From assembly GCF_006345805.1 (NCBI RefSeq), contig NC_043008.1, forward strand, positions 47,740,001 to 47,804,000: DNA of 64,000 bases. Direction: 5' to 3'. Both the position numbers and the translations under genes were made by a program. The notes beneath the pieces were generated by a model, which saw only the letters and a program-made list of their open reading frames with translations, was not told the origin of the DNA and made no database searches. This document shows, one piece after another, positions 1-14,176 of the stretch (its first letter is position 1; the number at the start of each line of letters is the position of its first letter). Source of the DNA: Octopus sinensis. Its lineage: Eukaryota.

Positions 1-229
1 TTACAGCGGAGTAGATTGAAGCACCGTGAAATAAAAGGATAACACAAACCAAAAATAAAACCAACGAAATGATCCTCAAAATTGGAGAATATTTACAGAG
101 TTATATCGGACACACCACACGCAACCCACGTTCACCCTCTAAAACTTCAGAAAAATGACTTCTTCCTGTTCCGGCCACCATCCTAAAGCTACGTACTTAA
201 TGTGGAACAGTATACTCGTAACCACACAG

Positions 230-870
230 ATTTGTCCACTCCCATTCATCCTTTAACAGCAAGGAAGCATTTCTACACTCACACGATACCTTTTTATCTT
301 CTTCCATAGATGTAGTTGGTGAGAAATTGATAATGGCAGACATGGCCTAACAAGACAAATAGATGCAAAATAGAAACTTTCATCTCGCCTAACATACAAC
401 CCTCATCACCAAACACAGCAGACATCAGAAGTTTACGAAGTGTTCTTTGCCAAACAAATGGTTGTTTGTTCTCCAAGATGGACTCCTTTGACAGTCAAAT
501 TCGTTCTGCAATTAGTAAACTCAAAAGTTACAAACGCAAATGCACAGGTTGTGTGCATTTTCATGAACTTTCAATTATCTTAGACAAGTCCCATGGGTGG
601 CAGCTCCTACATGGCCACCCCTATAGAGATTGTACTCCCTCTCTTCAATTCTGTCAAGGCAAATGGAAACTGATACCCCCCACCCACCCAGAATATACTT
701 CTCAGCCTGTCTTTATCAATGTCTACAATATCCCACCCCTATGGTCACTCAATTTCTCCTACCCCCGCCATTATTACTCATATACTCTGAGAAGGGGCAG
801 AACATTTCAGAAGTTAGGCAAACACGGCCGTTTAAATAAATACCAAATCTTCATCCGTACCCTCTATTTC
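230..870 (+). mobile_element. Possible heavily decayed Penelope-like element remnant (RT C-terminal region to 3' end)
   Basis: Frameshifted translation IDNGRHGLTRQIDAK*KLSSRLTYNPHH...IRSLRSVLC...IRSAISKLK loosely resembles the PLE RT thumb region. It ends in a CTGAGAAGGGG..AGAAGTT motif and aaataaa before a (CA)n tract. Resemblance judged by eye only. Confidence 0.3.
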
Positions 871-922
871 GACCACACTCACACAGACGCAATGACATAC
901 ATACACACACACGCGCACACAC

Positions 923-963
<41 letters not shown>

Positions 964-2579
964 GAGTAATGGATGCAAATTTGACCATAGTAGGATTGAA
1001 ACTCGTTAGATAAAATAAGAAAGTACAGAACAGGATGATTGTCGCTCACCTTCTACTGATTGTAGTCAGAACTGAATCGGTAGAAACCGTTGAATTTGAG
1101 ATGAAGAATGGTTTTAGGCATTTTTTGCATTTTGACATATTTTATATTCCATCCACATCCGATTGAGTTGAATAAAGTCGATGATATCGATATTAATTTT
1201 TCACTGGTATTTATTTTGTCAGACACTGTCATTGGGATTATAATTGCGTTAATTTTATCCATACATTAGTAATTAGGTGTACGTCATTTAGTTTCTTCGT
1301 TCAGCCTCAACCTCATTACTCAGCGTTTTGGGAAGCAATTTAGATTAATGCCTGAATCTATTGTTCTTCCTGTAACTGTTGTTACCGTTATAGCTTTGTC
1401 GTTGATTTCATTTCATTCTGATTAGCTTCGTTCCAATGTGTCCTTCTTATCAGTGGGGGGATCGTGGCCAAATCTTTTCCTTTGCTTTCGTTGGCAAGGT
1501 TATGACTTCTTCAATTAATGTATCATCAAGATAGACGATTGCATCTAATTGAATGGATAGGGTTTCCATAATTCGTTAGCCTTCACTAGTACAACACTAC
1601 GACAGCAGCATAAATATAAAGGCGACAGCGGATTGGTCAGAATTTTAGATTTTACGATGTACGCTATGCTCTCAAAGGAACTCTTAATAGAACCTCTAGA
1701 CGATGTGAGATATGTCATGGTCTAAAGCAAGGAATTGGATAAAACTGAGTATATTAAACTCGGAGTATCCCAAGCAGCGTTCCCTAAGCAGTCAAAGAAT
1801 CAACGTCTTCTGTTTCCAACAGGCTACGTCCACCTAAGTAAGTGTAGTTGGTTATTGTAACAAAAAAGAAGATTTTAAAATGATGTTTCCTGTCACTTAA
1901 TAACTATTCATAAGCAGAATGATTTTTACTTTATTAAAATGTATTCAATAAGACACGTTATTACTTCACCTACATGCTTCTTCAGCTTCAGATATTCTGT
2001 GTATTAAGAGAGGGTTTTTTTTTTGCTTTTTACTATTTGCATGCTAAATGTAATTCACAAAAGACAATGAACTGTTCTAAAGAATATTTCTTTCACATGT
2101 TTATCTATAATAAGTTTCTTTATGGGTTGGATGAGAAAGATGAGAACAGAAAGACATGTAGACCACTTTTAAGGAACATTTGTTGCTGTTGTTGTTGTTA
2201 TTTCTTTTGCTGTTGTTGTACCCTCTTATTTATGAAGAGAAATCAATGAGAAATATGCAACGATGTTGTTCTACATTAAAACAGAAATGTTCTTTAGGCT
2301 TTCAATAAAATGTTTCAATAAAGAAATGCCAGAAAAAAATGCTTAAAAACAAAATCAGGCATAAAAATATTAGAAGCGATATTCTTGAGTCGATATGTTC
2401 TAGAGTTTGTCAAAGACAGATTCCTTATACTTGAAATGTGTCTATCTATTCTCTCTTCATTATTTACCAAACACAAAGGAAACAAAATCCATAGATAGAA
2501 TTTACATTAAGCTTGTAGCATTTTTAATTCACATTCATAGAATAGAGTTGATGAGATATTTGCTTGTTTGTAAAAGAAA

Positions 2580-2668
<89 letters not shown>

Positions 2669-3489
2669 CAACAACAAGAACAGCAGCAACAACAATAATG
2701 ATAATAATTCTGCTTAATAATTATTCAGTTTATGTTCTGTTCAAATCTTATAAAATTATTATATATCACTAAGTACATATATGACCACCACATAGACACA
2801 CACACATTTATACTCACTATATAGAATATATAACCACTAGAAAAACAAATTCTTCATTCAATTAACATATTACAATATCATTTCATCAGTTAAAGTGCAT
2901 ATTATACATACAAATATGTAATGTATACATGAGTGTACGTGTGAGTGTGCGTGTGCGTGTGGATATTCCAGTTATACATATGTAAAGAGAACACAAAAAC
3001 AGGAAGCATAAATTTCACAGATAGTTCATAAATTAATTACATTAATTCCATAATCAGGATACTTAATTACTTCTAATATATATATGAAATTAATTTTAAG
3101 CAATATTTATCTTACATCTTCGTTATTATGGGCGATGCCAATCCATAGTCCCTAAAATTGCCGGTCATTTGGGATATAAGCATATTAAATTAATTTGATT
3201 AAAATCAATTAATTTTAATCATTATGTATCTTAATTACGCACTTATGGAATTCATGATCGTTATGCCTAATGAAACAGCTGTTGAAAGTAATTAAGTAAT
3301 GAACTAACTGTGATAATTGTTTTTAGCCTTTTAACTTTAAACATACATTTTAGCCGATTAGGTGTATACACGTAAGCTTTTACATTTGGGATTTAGAGCA
3401 ACGTTATGAGGTGTAGGAGTTTAAAGATCGATTATTGATCGAACTTTTAATTACAGCGAATTTGTTTTTACTCTCTATAAATGTAAATA

Positions 3490-3492
3490 TAG

Positions 3493-3578
<86 letters not shown>

Positions 3579-3608
3579 ATTGATAGATGGACAAATAGAT
3601 AGATAGCT

Positions 3609-3660
<52 letters not shown>

Positions 3661-3782
3661 TAGATAGATAGATAGATAGATGATAGATAGATAGATAGAT
3701 AGATAGATGATAGATAGATAGATAGATAGATAGAAGATAGATAGATAGATAAATTGATAGATGGACAAATAGATAGATAGCT

Positions 3783-3863
<81 letters not shown>
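3490..3863. repeat. (AGAT)n microsatellite with an internal higher-order duplication
   Basis: GATA tandem array. The interruption aaattgatagatggacaaatagatagatagctgatag occurs at 3577 and again at 3751. Confidence 0.97.
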
Positions 3864-3864
<1 letters not shown>

Positions 3865-4039
3865 GACAAATATAATATATATTATATCTAGCCGTCTATA
3901 TATCTGTCTGTCTGATATGACTGTCTGTGGCTTTGCCTGTGTATAAACACATACACACTCACACACACGCATATATATATACGCACATATACACACACAC
4001 ACAAGATCAGGGTTATTTTTTAAGGTTTCACCCTATTTC

Positions 4040-4390
4040 TATGTTACTGTTCCACCAACCCAATAATTATTGAACTGATGATATTTTTATTATTGTCACA
4101 GGAGTAGGATAGAATCCGACATCCGTTTCCGCGGTTTCCTGAGTAGCTGCTGGAAGATATTATCTTTGTCGAGGTCTGTCTACGAAATGTCATCCACAAT
4201 TTTACTCTGGACAATGACTGGAAACATTTGCTCAAAGATTATGCATTGTGAAACAACCCAAAACTTAGCGGTTGTGGAGTGGGATTTTTAAGCGCACCAC
4301 CATATCTACCAGGGGTGTGGATGAGCGAACTGAATTCCATGCACGACATTGTCTTTCCACAATACATTTCTTGTATCCATGACGAATCAA
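4040..4390 (-). mobile_element. Decayed LINE (RTE-like) reverse transcriptase fragment
   Basis: Minus-strand peptide KCFQSLSRVKLWMTFRRQTSTKIISS resembles the KAFDSVSR..LW..L...G.P.KII segment of non-LTR RTs. It is interrupted by stops and frameshifts. Confidence 0.35.
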
Positions 4391-4545
4391 TCCTGTCCTG
4401 CTATTGTTGATGTTATTGTTTATTAAATTGTCTTTGATAAATTACTGAAAATATACAGAACTAGTCGTAGAATGGTATTGAGTGCTCACTGGCTTTACAA
4501 TCGGTATTGAATACATGTGTCTATACGTGCCTATGTGTACGTATA

Positions 4546-4880
4546 TAAGTATGTATGTATGTTTGTATATATGTATGTATATTTGTACGTATGTATGATT
4601 GTATGTATGTATATTTGTACATACGTATGTATGTATGTATGCATGTATGTATGTTTGTATGTATGTTTGTATGTATATTTGTACGTACGTATGTGTGTAT
4701 GTATGATTGTATGTATGTATGTATATATGTATGTATGTTTGTATGTATGTATATTTAGTACGTACCTATGTATGTTTGTATATATGGATGTATGCATGTT
4801 TGTACGTATGCATATATTTATGTATGTTTGTATGTATGTATGTACGTATGTATTTATATATATTTATGTATGTATGTGTA
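4546..4880. repeat. (TATG)n compound microsatellite
   Basis: Direct reading; source of the MYVC/HTYI pseudo-ORFs. Confidence 0.97.
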
Positions 4881-4995
4881 AAAAGATTCATTTTCTTTTG
4901 CACACGCATGCAAACACTTGCGCAAGTCACTCTCTCTCTCTCTCTCGCTCTCTCTCTCATACCCATATATATATTTATATTCTCTCTCCGTTTCA

Positions 4996-5033
<38 letters not shown>

Positions 5034-5479
5034 TATCCAAGTGCATAAATGCATCTACTTGAGAGCATGCAATTACGTTACATTTATTGCTACACAGTTA
5101 CAATGAAATAAATATAAACTATAATTTATTTCTTCTAGTTTTGTTTCATCTATACATCATTTTATGGTAATTTTCAAAAATTAAACCATCTCCATACTTT
5201 CAATGCTTTCTGTTGAGTAAATTTATTTTTCTGCAATCCTTCCACAAACAAATAACTTGTTAAAACTGACAGCACGAAATAAATCCTATTGCATTTAGAT
5301 TACTGAAATTATCATAGATTTACATCAGATTGCTGTAAATCTAACAGTCAAGTTTATTCACAGCATTACATGTAAAAATTTCCCTAAAAAATATATAAGA
5401 TCTCGACAGCTGTAACGCTATTGTATAATATAACTGCAAAAATATACATGATTTTACCTCAATAGCTAGTGTTTTACGC

Positions 5480-5875
5480 CAAATACATACAATTCCCAGC
5501 TGAGCTACCTCCAAGACTTCAAGTAGAGAAGATGTCTCTTAACCCATTCTTTATTTTGTTTTATGAAATTGTTCTCAGACTATCAAGTATTTCTATAATT
5601 ATTGGAATAATTCCTCTGTGCAGATTCTATATTCTCTCAATTGCAATCCTTGGATCGTTCTATTTAGAGAACTTCCCGATCTCCTTTACGGACATGCTAT
5701 TTTAATTTGGACGAAACATGTCAATTATTTGTCAGACTTGGTTTTCTCTAGTTTTACAATGATGTCTGCTAAGTTGACTCGTAGCTTTCTATCCATTAGC
5801 ATGGTTATACCTTTAGTAACTTGAGACCCCTATTTCATGGCATGTTCCAGAGAAGTTATGTAAGAACCCTGCCAT
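5480..5875 (-). mobile_element. Decayed R4/Dong-type LINE 3' fragment (restriction-like endonuclease region)
   Basis: Minus strand gives DIIVKLEK...IDMFRP...KEIGKFSK*NDPRIAIERI*NL...IIPIIIEILDSL, matching the RPDIV..ID..P...KE.EK..KY.DL..E..R.W....IPI.IG.LG layout. It abuts (AGT)n at 5881-5961. Confidence 0.6.
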
Positions 5876-5899
5876 ATATTCAGTAGTAGTAGTAGTAGT

Positions 5900-5966
<67 letters not shown>

Positions 5967-7922
5967 CGAGAAATTTGGATTCCAAGAAAGTCTTAGTTTC
6001 ATTGGACGTAGAAATTAACTTTTAGGATTACTCTGAGGCGATGTAACTTCAAGACAAGTGGAAGAAAGTCTGTTTTCTGAGCTGCAGCAGGCAAAAGTTT
6101 TGACTTTTAGATATTAATATATCTTGGTTTTACATTGATTTAAATACGGCTTCATGTACGTGAGGAGCAAAGAAAAGGACTCATGAAAATGAAAGTAGCG
6201 CTGTATATTCCAACCCCTCCAAAAATAGCAAAACCCTTTTTCAATAGACGAAAACAAACGTAAAATCTAAACTGAAATGAATCGTCATAAAACAACAGTT
6301 ACAGACGCCAACAGATTCACAAATTTGAAACATGGAAATTCATTGACGTCACATTGACAAAAGTGTTAGCACAAAAACGACAACGTAAGATTTATAAATC
6401 TTTACAACGTTATTGAAAAGGACTTGTTTGTTCGAATCACAAACCAAAAAGGAGTCGGGACAAAGTGAAAGCATTCACAAAAGATAGTACCGCTTTTCAT
6501 GAGAAATATCTAAACTCTAACCCTAACTGGAGCTTTAGCATGCATTCAATTAAACAGGATTAGGAAGTCCTAGAAATTGCATGGCACGAAGTATATATAC
6601 TCCATTGATAGGGGTGGGCCATACGTGAATGTATTTCTCGTTTTGATAAAGTGAGGACAAAGAATAAGCAAGCAAACCAATGTAATGTGTGTTATACATT
6701 TGCTCACACATTCTGCTACTGCACTAGTACGTGTAAGTAATTTTAGCCCGTGGCTGGTCGCCATTTTTAGTCACTGTTGGTAGCTGTAGAGTCTGTAATC
6801 CAGTTCAAATATCAGCTTTTAATGTTTGTGTGATTGGATGACATTTATTCCTTTTATTTTATATTTATGCTCCGACATTTAACTCTCTGCTTTTCCAGCT
6901 TTAGATGACGTCACTTCCATCTGACCTCGGTATTCTATGTGTGGCAGAGCAGTACATACTTGGTGACCAATAGGTTTGTAAGGGAGCCCTTACGTGGTCA
7001 CTCAACCTAGTGAAGACAGCTGTCAAATCTCTCTCAAATAACACACTACTGTTCCCAAATAAGATATTTCGGAATACTTTGGAGTGCGCATGACCGTAGC
7101 ACAATCACAAGTACGTGGAGTTGATTGGAATTTGGAGAAGGTATTACCAAAGAAAGTATTAGTGATGAGACGTGGGAAGCTGGGACAAATCACTTTGATT
7201 CAATGGAATCAAATACTTTTTTATGATAATTACTTAAATGTCTCTAGTTCTATATTTCTTTCTGATGATGGTCTTTATATGAAGTTATATATCTTAAGGT
7301 CCACTGCATTTCGTGCAAATCCTTTTTACAGCTAATGTTTTTAATAAATTTTTTAGCAAAGATTTATTAACACGTCGTTTATCACGTCTCCTGCAAACAT
7401 GTTCTGCTTCAAGTATGATAATCACTTATCAAGCAGCTGTATTATCACTTATCACGTGACTTTCTTTTTCTTAGCTCAACTTTTAAACTCCAAACTGTTT
7501 CAGTCTGTTCAAAGGACAAAAAATTCTGATTTCAACACCAAGTAGCGACCACATTCCTGTAACTTCTTCGAAATTCTACTCAACACTAATATTGTCAAAA
7601 CCTTCCTAAAAGATAAATCTTTACATTAATATTGGTTACAATTATCGTAAATACTAAGTCTTGTGAGATTGTCCCGAAGTTCCTTAGTGAGGACGAAACT
7701 AGTTTAAGAAACATACGGCTTTCTGTGACCAAAACCAAGAGAATCGCTAAACAACTCAGGTTTGTGTAATTTTCGGCTAAATATTCTAATAAATATGAAG
7801 GTTTATTGATATGTAACACGAAGATTCCATTTACTTTTAGTGCACAATTCCTAAGGAATATGCAAAATGTCAACGCTGGAGAATTTTGCTAGCAGCATAT
7901 TGTGAAGCATTAACATCGGAAG

Positions 7923-8079
7923 TACGAGGTGGTATCAAAGCGTTCCTGGACTATTTCGGTAGAGCGCCAACAGATGGCAGCACACGGTTTCGTGCGCAGT
8001 GAGAGGTAGCAGTGACCTTCATGGGGCGGTGTGACGAGTGGCATCGCTGTGTTTAATTCGCAAGTTGTGGCGCTTCAGA
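7923..8079 (+). mobile_element. Tc1/mariner-like left-end fragment
   Basis: TA followed by CGAGGTGGTATCAAAG..., resembling mariner terminal inverted repeats. No partner TIR or transposase ORF seen. Confidence 0.4.
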
Positions 8080-11000
8080 ATCGGAAGTACGTCCCTGGAA
8101 GACGACGAGCAATCTCGAAGAGCTGCAACGATCATCAACCGCGGGAATGTGGGGGGAAAACCACCAGCTTGTGCTTGTTTGGATTGTCGGAGGAGAATCA
8201 ACGGCATTGCTGTTCCGTTCGCCCTACCGTTCCACGAAACCAATGACAGGTTTCATACTCAATGTGGGAGTATTTTCATACTCACCTTAGAGTAAACAAC
8301 TCTTTAAATACTCTCATGACAGGTACACTTACATATGTAATTTAATACATACATACACACACACAAACATATGTGGGTATGTATATGTACATATAGGCAT
8401 ATGTAATGCTTCTGTGTGTGTGTGTGTGTTTGTGTGTGATTATATTGAATAAGATATCGATAGATGATATGATTATATGTAAATATCCCTATATGGACAA
8501 TTGCAAATATGCATTGATCAAGAATATCAAGTTCCTTAGTTAAATAAACATTAACATATTTCCTATAACTACAAAGGGAATTCTAATTAGAAATGCTGCT
8601 ACAGTGAGGATGCACAAATATTATTAGATTGTCTTGTCATCACCGAAGCTGAATCTTGATTTAATAGCTTGAGGTCAAGTAGTGAGGCCAAAAGAATTCG
8701 CTACTCCATCCCTTAAAAGTATTGTTACTTAACGCCAGTATTAGAAGTATTTCCCGAATAATAAACCACCTTGTTTCAAAGATAGTCAATGCCAAAATCT
8801 TAAAAACCGTAGAATTACAATTTCAGATTACAATATGTAATGCTTATTCGGATTTCAGTGAAAACTTACAACTAATATTCGTAATCATCTTGGAAAAGTG
8901 ATCTGTTGAATATAGTCACGAATTCTCATACAATGGTAAGTTGTAATTGCTGTCACAACTGCTGCTGCTGCTACTCAGAATTCTATTGTGGATGGCATTA
9001 ACATTTACAAGAAGAGAAGTTCTACGAAGACTATGGACAGAGGATTGTTTATCGGAAACTAAAGTATTCATAACTACGACGTTTTCAACGGCATTCGCTG
9101 ACAAATAGACAAAGAGACAAGCCTGGGTCCACATCCACTTATTCACGAGATGTATACACAGGCAGCACTTTATATATACTCACCAATTCATGTCTTTGAT
9201 AATAATAGTCTTTCAGAAAATACATTTATGCAGGTATAACCACAAACATACACACATATGCACTATTGTATATGAGTACAAATGGAAATATATATATATA
9301 TATGTATATATACGTATAGATATATTGTGTTTGTGAATTTGTGCTGGTGCATACATAACATATTTTGATTAGTGATGTACATTAATTCTTTGCTTTTGTA
9401 TGAAGTTGAATAGATGAATGGTTGACTAAATATCGTTAACAAATACATTGTCAGCTGAACAAACTAAATCTTGTGTTTACATTTCTTTATTCAAATCTCT
9501 TTCATTCTCTCTCTCTTCTTTCCTCTCTTTCACTCCTTCCCTCTCTTTATCTACCTACCCGTCTTTCCCCCTCACACGCACTCCTTCTTTTCTCAGTGCC
9601 TCTTTTTCTCTCAAAGCAGGGATAAGCTCGCTACTTATACCCATGTTTACTAGGACGTGTCAATGAATAATATTTCACTTCGTTTTATTTATGCTTTTAT
9701 ACTACTGCAACAAAAAAAGCTAAAATTGCAAGAAATAGATTTTTTTCTCCTACACACTATTCACATTGATTCTATCTTTCATGTGAGTATTAAAAAATAT
9801 CTAATGGAGAAAAAAAAAAGCAACTTCAAAATGATCCTTTAATCTCCAAGAAGTAATATCCTAGATTTTAAGAATTATTCTGCTGCTAGATTCAGTTTTG
9901 TGGTTTTCTCAAGAGTGACTATAACAAGCTGTAAATACCAGCTCCTTCTGTATGTGTATATCTTATTGTCAACTTCATATTGAAGTACATTGAACACACA
10001 TCAACGATATATTCTACGGTTGCAGCAATCAACTCGCTGTGCTTTCAGAATAACGACAGAACAGGCAATTGTTTAAATCCTATTCTCCTTTCGAAGCAAT
10101 TTCTTTGGGATAAACATTTGACTCTCATCTATAGAAAGCGCTGGGATTCATTATCAACTTTATTCTGAGAGTTTCAACTCAACGGAATGGAATTCTGCTG
10201 AAGACTCACGAATCTTTCCCTCTGTCACACAACTTGGTTCGATTCTCTCTCGGGTTTTCAAGGAAAATGAATTGTTGCACCGACGTAACTTTTTCAAAGA
10301 AATCAAGATTTCCGGAAGGATTAGTGAGAGTTTCATTTCTTTAGAACGCATTTAGCGTAGAAAAAATACGATGAAGAAATTTTTGATGGTCAAAATCTTC
10401 TTTGTTGGGTGTTATTTTTTCATGTTCGAATAGTTTTTCAATATCATCTAAAATGTGACAACTCGGTACAAGAAGTTAAATTACATTACACGTAGCAACA
10501 CGTTACCGCATGCTACAACGACTTCTAAGTCAAATGTCATTAATTTTGTCTCACTAACGTGTGCGGAAGCGCTTTATCGGTTCCAATGATGATCGTCTCT
10601 AGAGGTGCTACATCAGTTTCAGTTAATGTGGGGAGTGAAGGGGAAAGGGTACATGTGAGGGAGTGTAGTAGTAGTAGGTGTGTGTATGTGTATGTGTGTG
10701 TGCGCGTATGTGTGTGTGTGACTCCGTTTTCTTCAAACAATATTTATAAACGGTTTATTCGATCTAAGCAGCAAGGGAACCTAAGAGATACTGCCCAGTC
10801 AGTCAGAAACATCAAACACTTAAGATTAATTATCAATTCTTTCTTTAACTTATATCTATGAGGTAACTGCTCCTGTTTTTTGAGAAACTTGCTGAGCTTC
10901 TTCAAAAATTGGTCATGATAATTATTAGGAATATAAAACCTTGTCGATATTGTTTAGAATATGAAACCTTCAAACCACTAATAAAGTAAAATTATATGAA

Positions 11001-13023
11001 TTGATGCCGACTAAAGGAAGAGGAAGGAGAGAGCCATTTCTGTGGAGAACTTGTAGTGAGACTTCGATAATGGACAAGAAACGTCTTATAAGAAAGCAAA
11101 ACTTGGGTCTTTTAGCAACATTCTTGAGGGATCTGGCAGCCTGAGATGCACAATTTAGCTGGCTCACTTTTTCACTTTTTCATCCACTCTAGGTTCAGTG
11201 TTTTGATATAAATTCAATGAAGATAATCTAGTTAGATTCATTAAAATAAAGTGAACATATTTAAAATCTAAATTATCCGGTTCATTACCAGAGTGAATCG
11301 TGTTCTTTGCTGATGAACATACTTTATCTGGTCTCCTTTATGGCATCGTTGACGTTGAGGCTCTCATCCTTGCCGACGATGATTCACTCCACTTATTACT
11401 GTTCTGTTATTTCAGTGACGTTTCTTGCTGTCTGCGGTTGGCTCCTCATTGTTTTGTATTTACTTATGGCTTTTGTTGTTTCCTCTCTGACGTCTTGCTT
11501 GGAGGCAATGAAGAAACAAGTTGAAGAATTATCAGTGAAATACGTTTATTTTAAAATAAACTGCACTATATTTCATTTTAAAATTTACATTTCATAATTA
11601 CTTGAGACGTGGTAATTAAGTGGCGTCTGCTAGTAATTATATCTCTACACATGCACAGAAATCCCAAAACACTTAACAACTGAGACATCTCGTGTTTAAA
11701 CAAAAGGAAAACAGATAGAAGGCGTGCCTTGGGTAGTCCTACCTTCAAACTCGAAACAACACTCTCCAGGCCTTCCTCCCACATATAGATATGCGTGTCT
11801 GTGTGTCTGTTTTGATATCTCAACCGATCAAAACGAACCTGATATTCTTGTTAATATGTTGTAACTTAGCTGATCGAGAACAAGAATAAAACAAAGCATA
11901 TAGCAATGCATTGTGTTGTTTATTATGATCGGAATGGTCGACTAAAGAATCGCGTTCGTCTTCAGTCTATTGTCTGGAACCAGTAAAACGTTATACACAC
12001 ACACACACAAACACAGACACACACATATATATATATATATATGTATGGTGTCTTCTTGGTCGCAGCAACAATGGAGAAATTCGTCATCTCAAACCCATTA
12101 ACATCCCTATCTTGAGCTCCCACTTACACTACTTCTCAAGTTTCTATATTTTTTATTCCAACTTTCTTATGCTTTCATATTTCTTAAGATGAATACTAAT
12201 ACCTACTCCTTCCTTCCTTCGACTATTTTACTGGCGGCCCTCCTCCCACTCCTGCGTCAACACACACACACACACTGTATTTTATAGCATTAGACAACTA
12301 ATACATGCCAAGTGTATTGAACTGGTATCATGTTTTTCTTCGTTGTTGTATGAAGCTATAAATAAACCAGGATGATATATTAGTCTAAGACACTTTCTAA
12401 TACAAATAATTATTTCTACTCACAGGTTTCAATTCTTTAAACCACTTAGCCATTATCTCCTGGGACAATACTTGATGTAAACATCACAATATTTCAGTCA
12501 ATTGAGGTAATGGCAGCCATACTTGTTCTAAGGTATACACAACATTTAATGATTTCCTACTCACATAACCTTAATATATCTACCCTATTGCTGTCTTCTA
12601 TTTCCTTCTTTCTTTATTCTTTTACTTTCCACTTCGATTCCGAGTCTACGATGTAAAAACCAAAATGTAGTTTATTGCTTTTAAATGTTTGCTTATCGAG
12701 ACCAACGTCTTCTCGCGTATCTTAGATGTTTCTCCACCTGTCACATTAATATAAACCAGAAATTTGATAAATGTTTACCTACAATCATTATTCAGTTAAT
12801 TAGTTCACTAAGTGGGCAACTGTCACTTGCTATCGCAAACGTTGATTATTTCCATCAATGTCTTGGTTAATTAAAATTTTAGAAGATTTTCGTGTATGTG
12901 TGAGCGAGCATAGTTATATATGCATATATATAAATATACATAGAAATGCATACACAAATGTATATTTATGTATATATATATACATACACACACGTATATG
13001 TGTATGCATGTATGTGTGTCTAT

Positions 13024-13102
<79 letters not shown>

Positions 13103-13583
13103 CATATACAGATAAAGACACAGATACAGAGAGAGAAATAGATAAAGAGAGAGAGAGAGAGAAATACAATTATCTCAAATACCATACACCATAAATTTTT
13201 GATTTACTCAAATCGTTTCCAACCGAAGCGGATTTGCCAAAATTTCCAAATGTTAGTTAAGACCTGCTGCACTCGAGAACAGAAGAAAATCTCAAGAATC
13301 AAGTAGACATATCATTAAGTTAAATACAGATTCATTGTCTGGTGATAAGAGGGCGGTGACAGAGACGTTTTTCTGCCTCAATTGGCGTCATCAGCACGAC
13401 AATTGTTTAACATTTTGACCAACAGCCAAGGGATTTAGACATATACATAAAGAGTATAACACATGTATATGGCCTGGATAATTTGTACTATTTAAATGAA
13501 AAGAAAAGCAAAAGGAAATAGCACAGAGAGACCAGTGAACTTGAAAAACATAGACAAATACAGATATATCACCTTTGCCTCTA

Positions 13584-13630
<47 letters not shown>

Positions 13631-13789
13631 TAGTTATCGCCATACTAATATGGCATTCTATAAAAATAAGAAAAAAGCTGACCGCTTATTAGCTCCATGA
13701 GGCCATCGCCTTAAGTTAGCTATTTGATACACAAACTGTATCATATAACCTTTGAACAAGGAGGTCTCGCTCCACACTACTTGGCCGCA

Positions 13790-13831
13790 GCTACAGACGC
13801 GTTTCGGGGTATTGCCCCTTTTCAATGAAGC
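13790..13831 (-). ncRNA. Minimal type-I hammerhead ribozyme motif, U3-A8 core variant
   Basis: Minus strand reads GCUUCA-UUGAAAA-GGGG-CAAUA-CCCC-GAAA-CGCG-UC^UGUAGC. Stem II is 4 G-C pairs, stem III is the palindrome ACGCGU, the cleavage triplet is GUC, and stem I pairs 5 of 6. Confidence 0.75.
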
Positions 13832-14134
13832 GTAGCCAACCAGTAGGTGTCGCTTCCGACAATCTCTGTTCAAAGGTTTTATTTACCTAGCTTCGGTGGA
13901 ATCATCCACTGTTTTCAATATGAAATATTAAATTACTAAGTCTCTCTAAAAGAACAACGGCAGCGTTCCCGGCAAATATTAGTTATCGCCATACTAATTA
14001 TGCATTCTTATAATAAGAAAAAAGCTGACCGCTTATTAGCTCCCTGAGGCATCGCCTTAAGTTAGCTATTTGATACACAAACTGTATCCATATAACCTTT
14101 GACAAGGAGGTCATCGCTCCACACTACTTGGCCG

Positions 14135-14176
14135 GCAGTACACGCGTTTCGGGGTATTGCCCCTTTTCAATGCAGC
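14135..14176 (-). ncRNA. Second hammerhead copy with damaged cleavage triplet
   Basis: GCUGCA-UUGAAAA-GGGG-CAAUA-CCCC-GAAA-CGCG-UG-UACUGCC. The core is identical to copy 1; a short deletion lies at the cleavage site (mutation or consensus error). Confidence 0.6.

Noticed and set aside
7380-7870. Possible piggyBac/DNA transposase remnant
   Set aside because: Only a vague GFDN-like word; insufficient to call.
11307-11597. Hydrophobic 96-aa ORF resembling membrane helices
   Set aside because: No recognisable family motif and no matching splice pair. T-rich DNA yields hydrophobic ORFs by chance.
13364-13400. CTGATGA-CGCC-AATTGA-GGCA-GAAA-AACGTC hammerhead-like motif (minus)
   Set aside because: Core present, but stem I does not pair and stem III has extra bases. 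At best a degenerate relic, so not listed as a feature.
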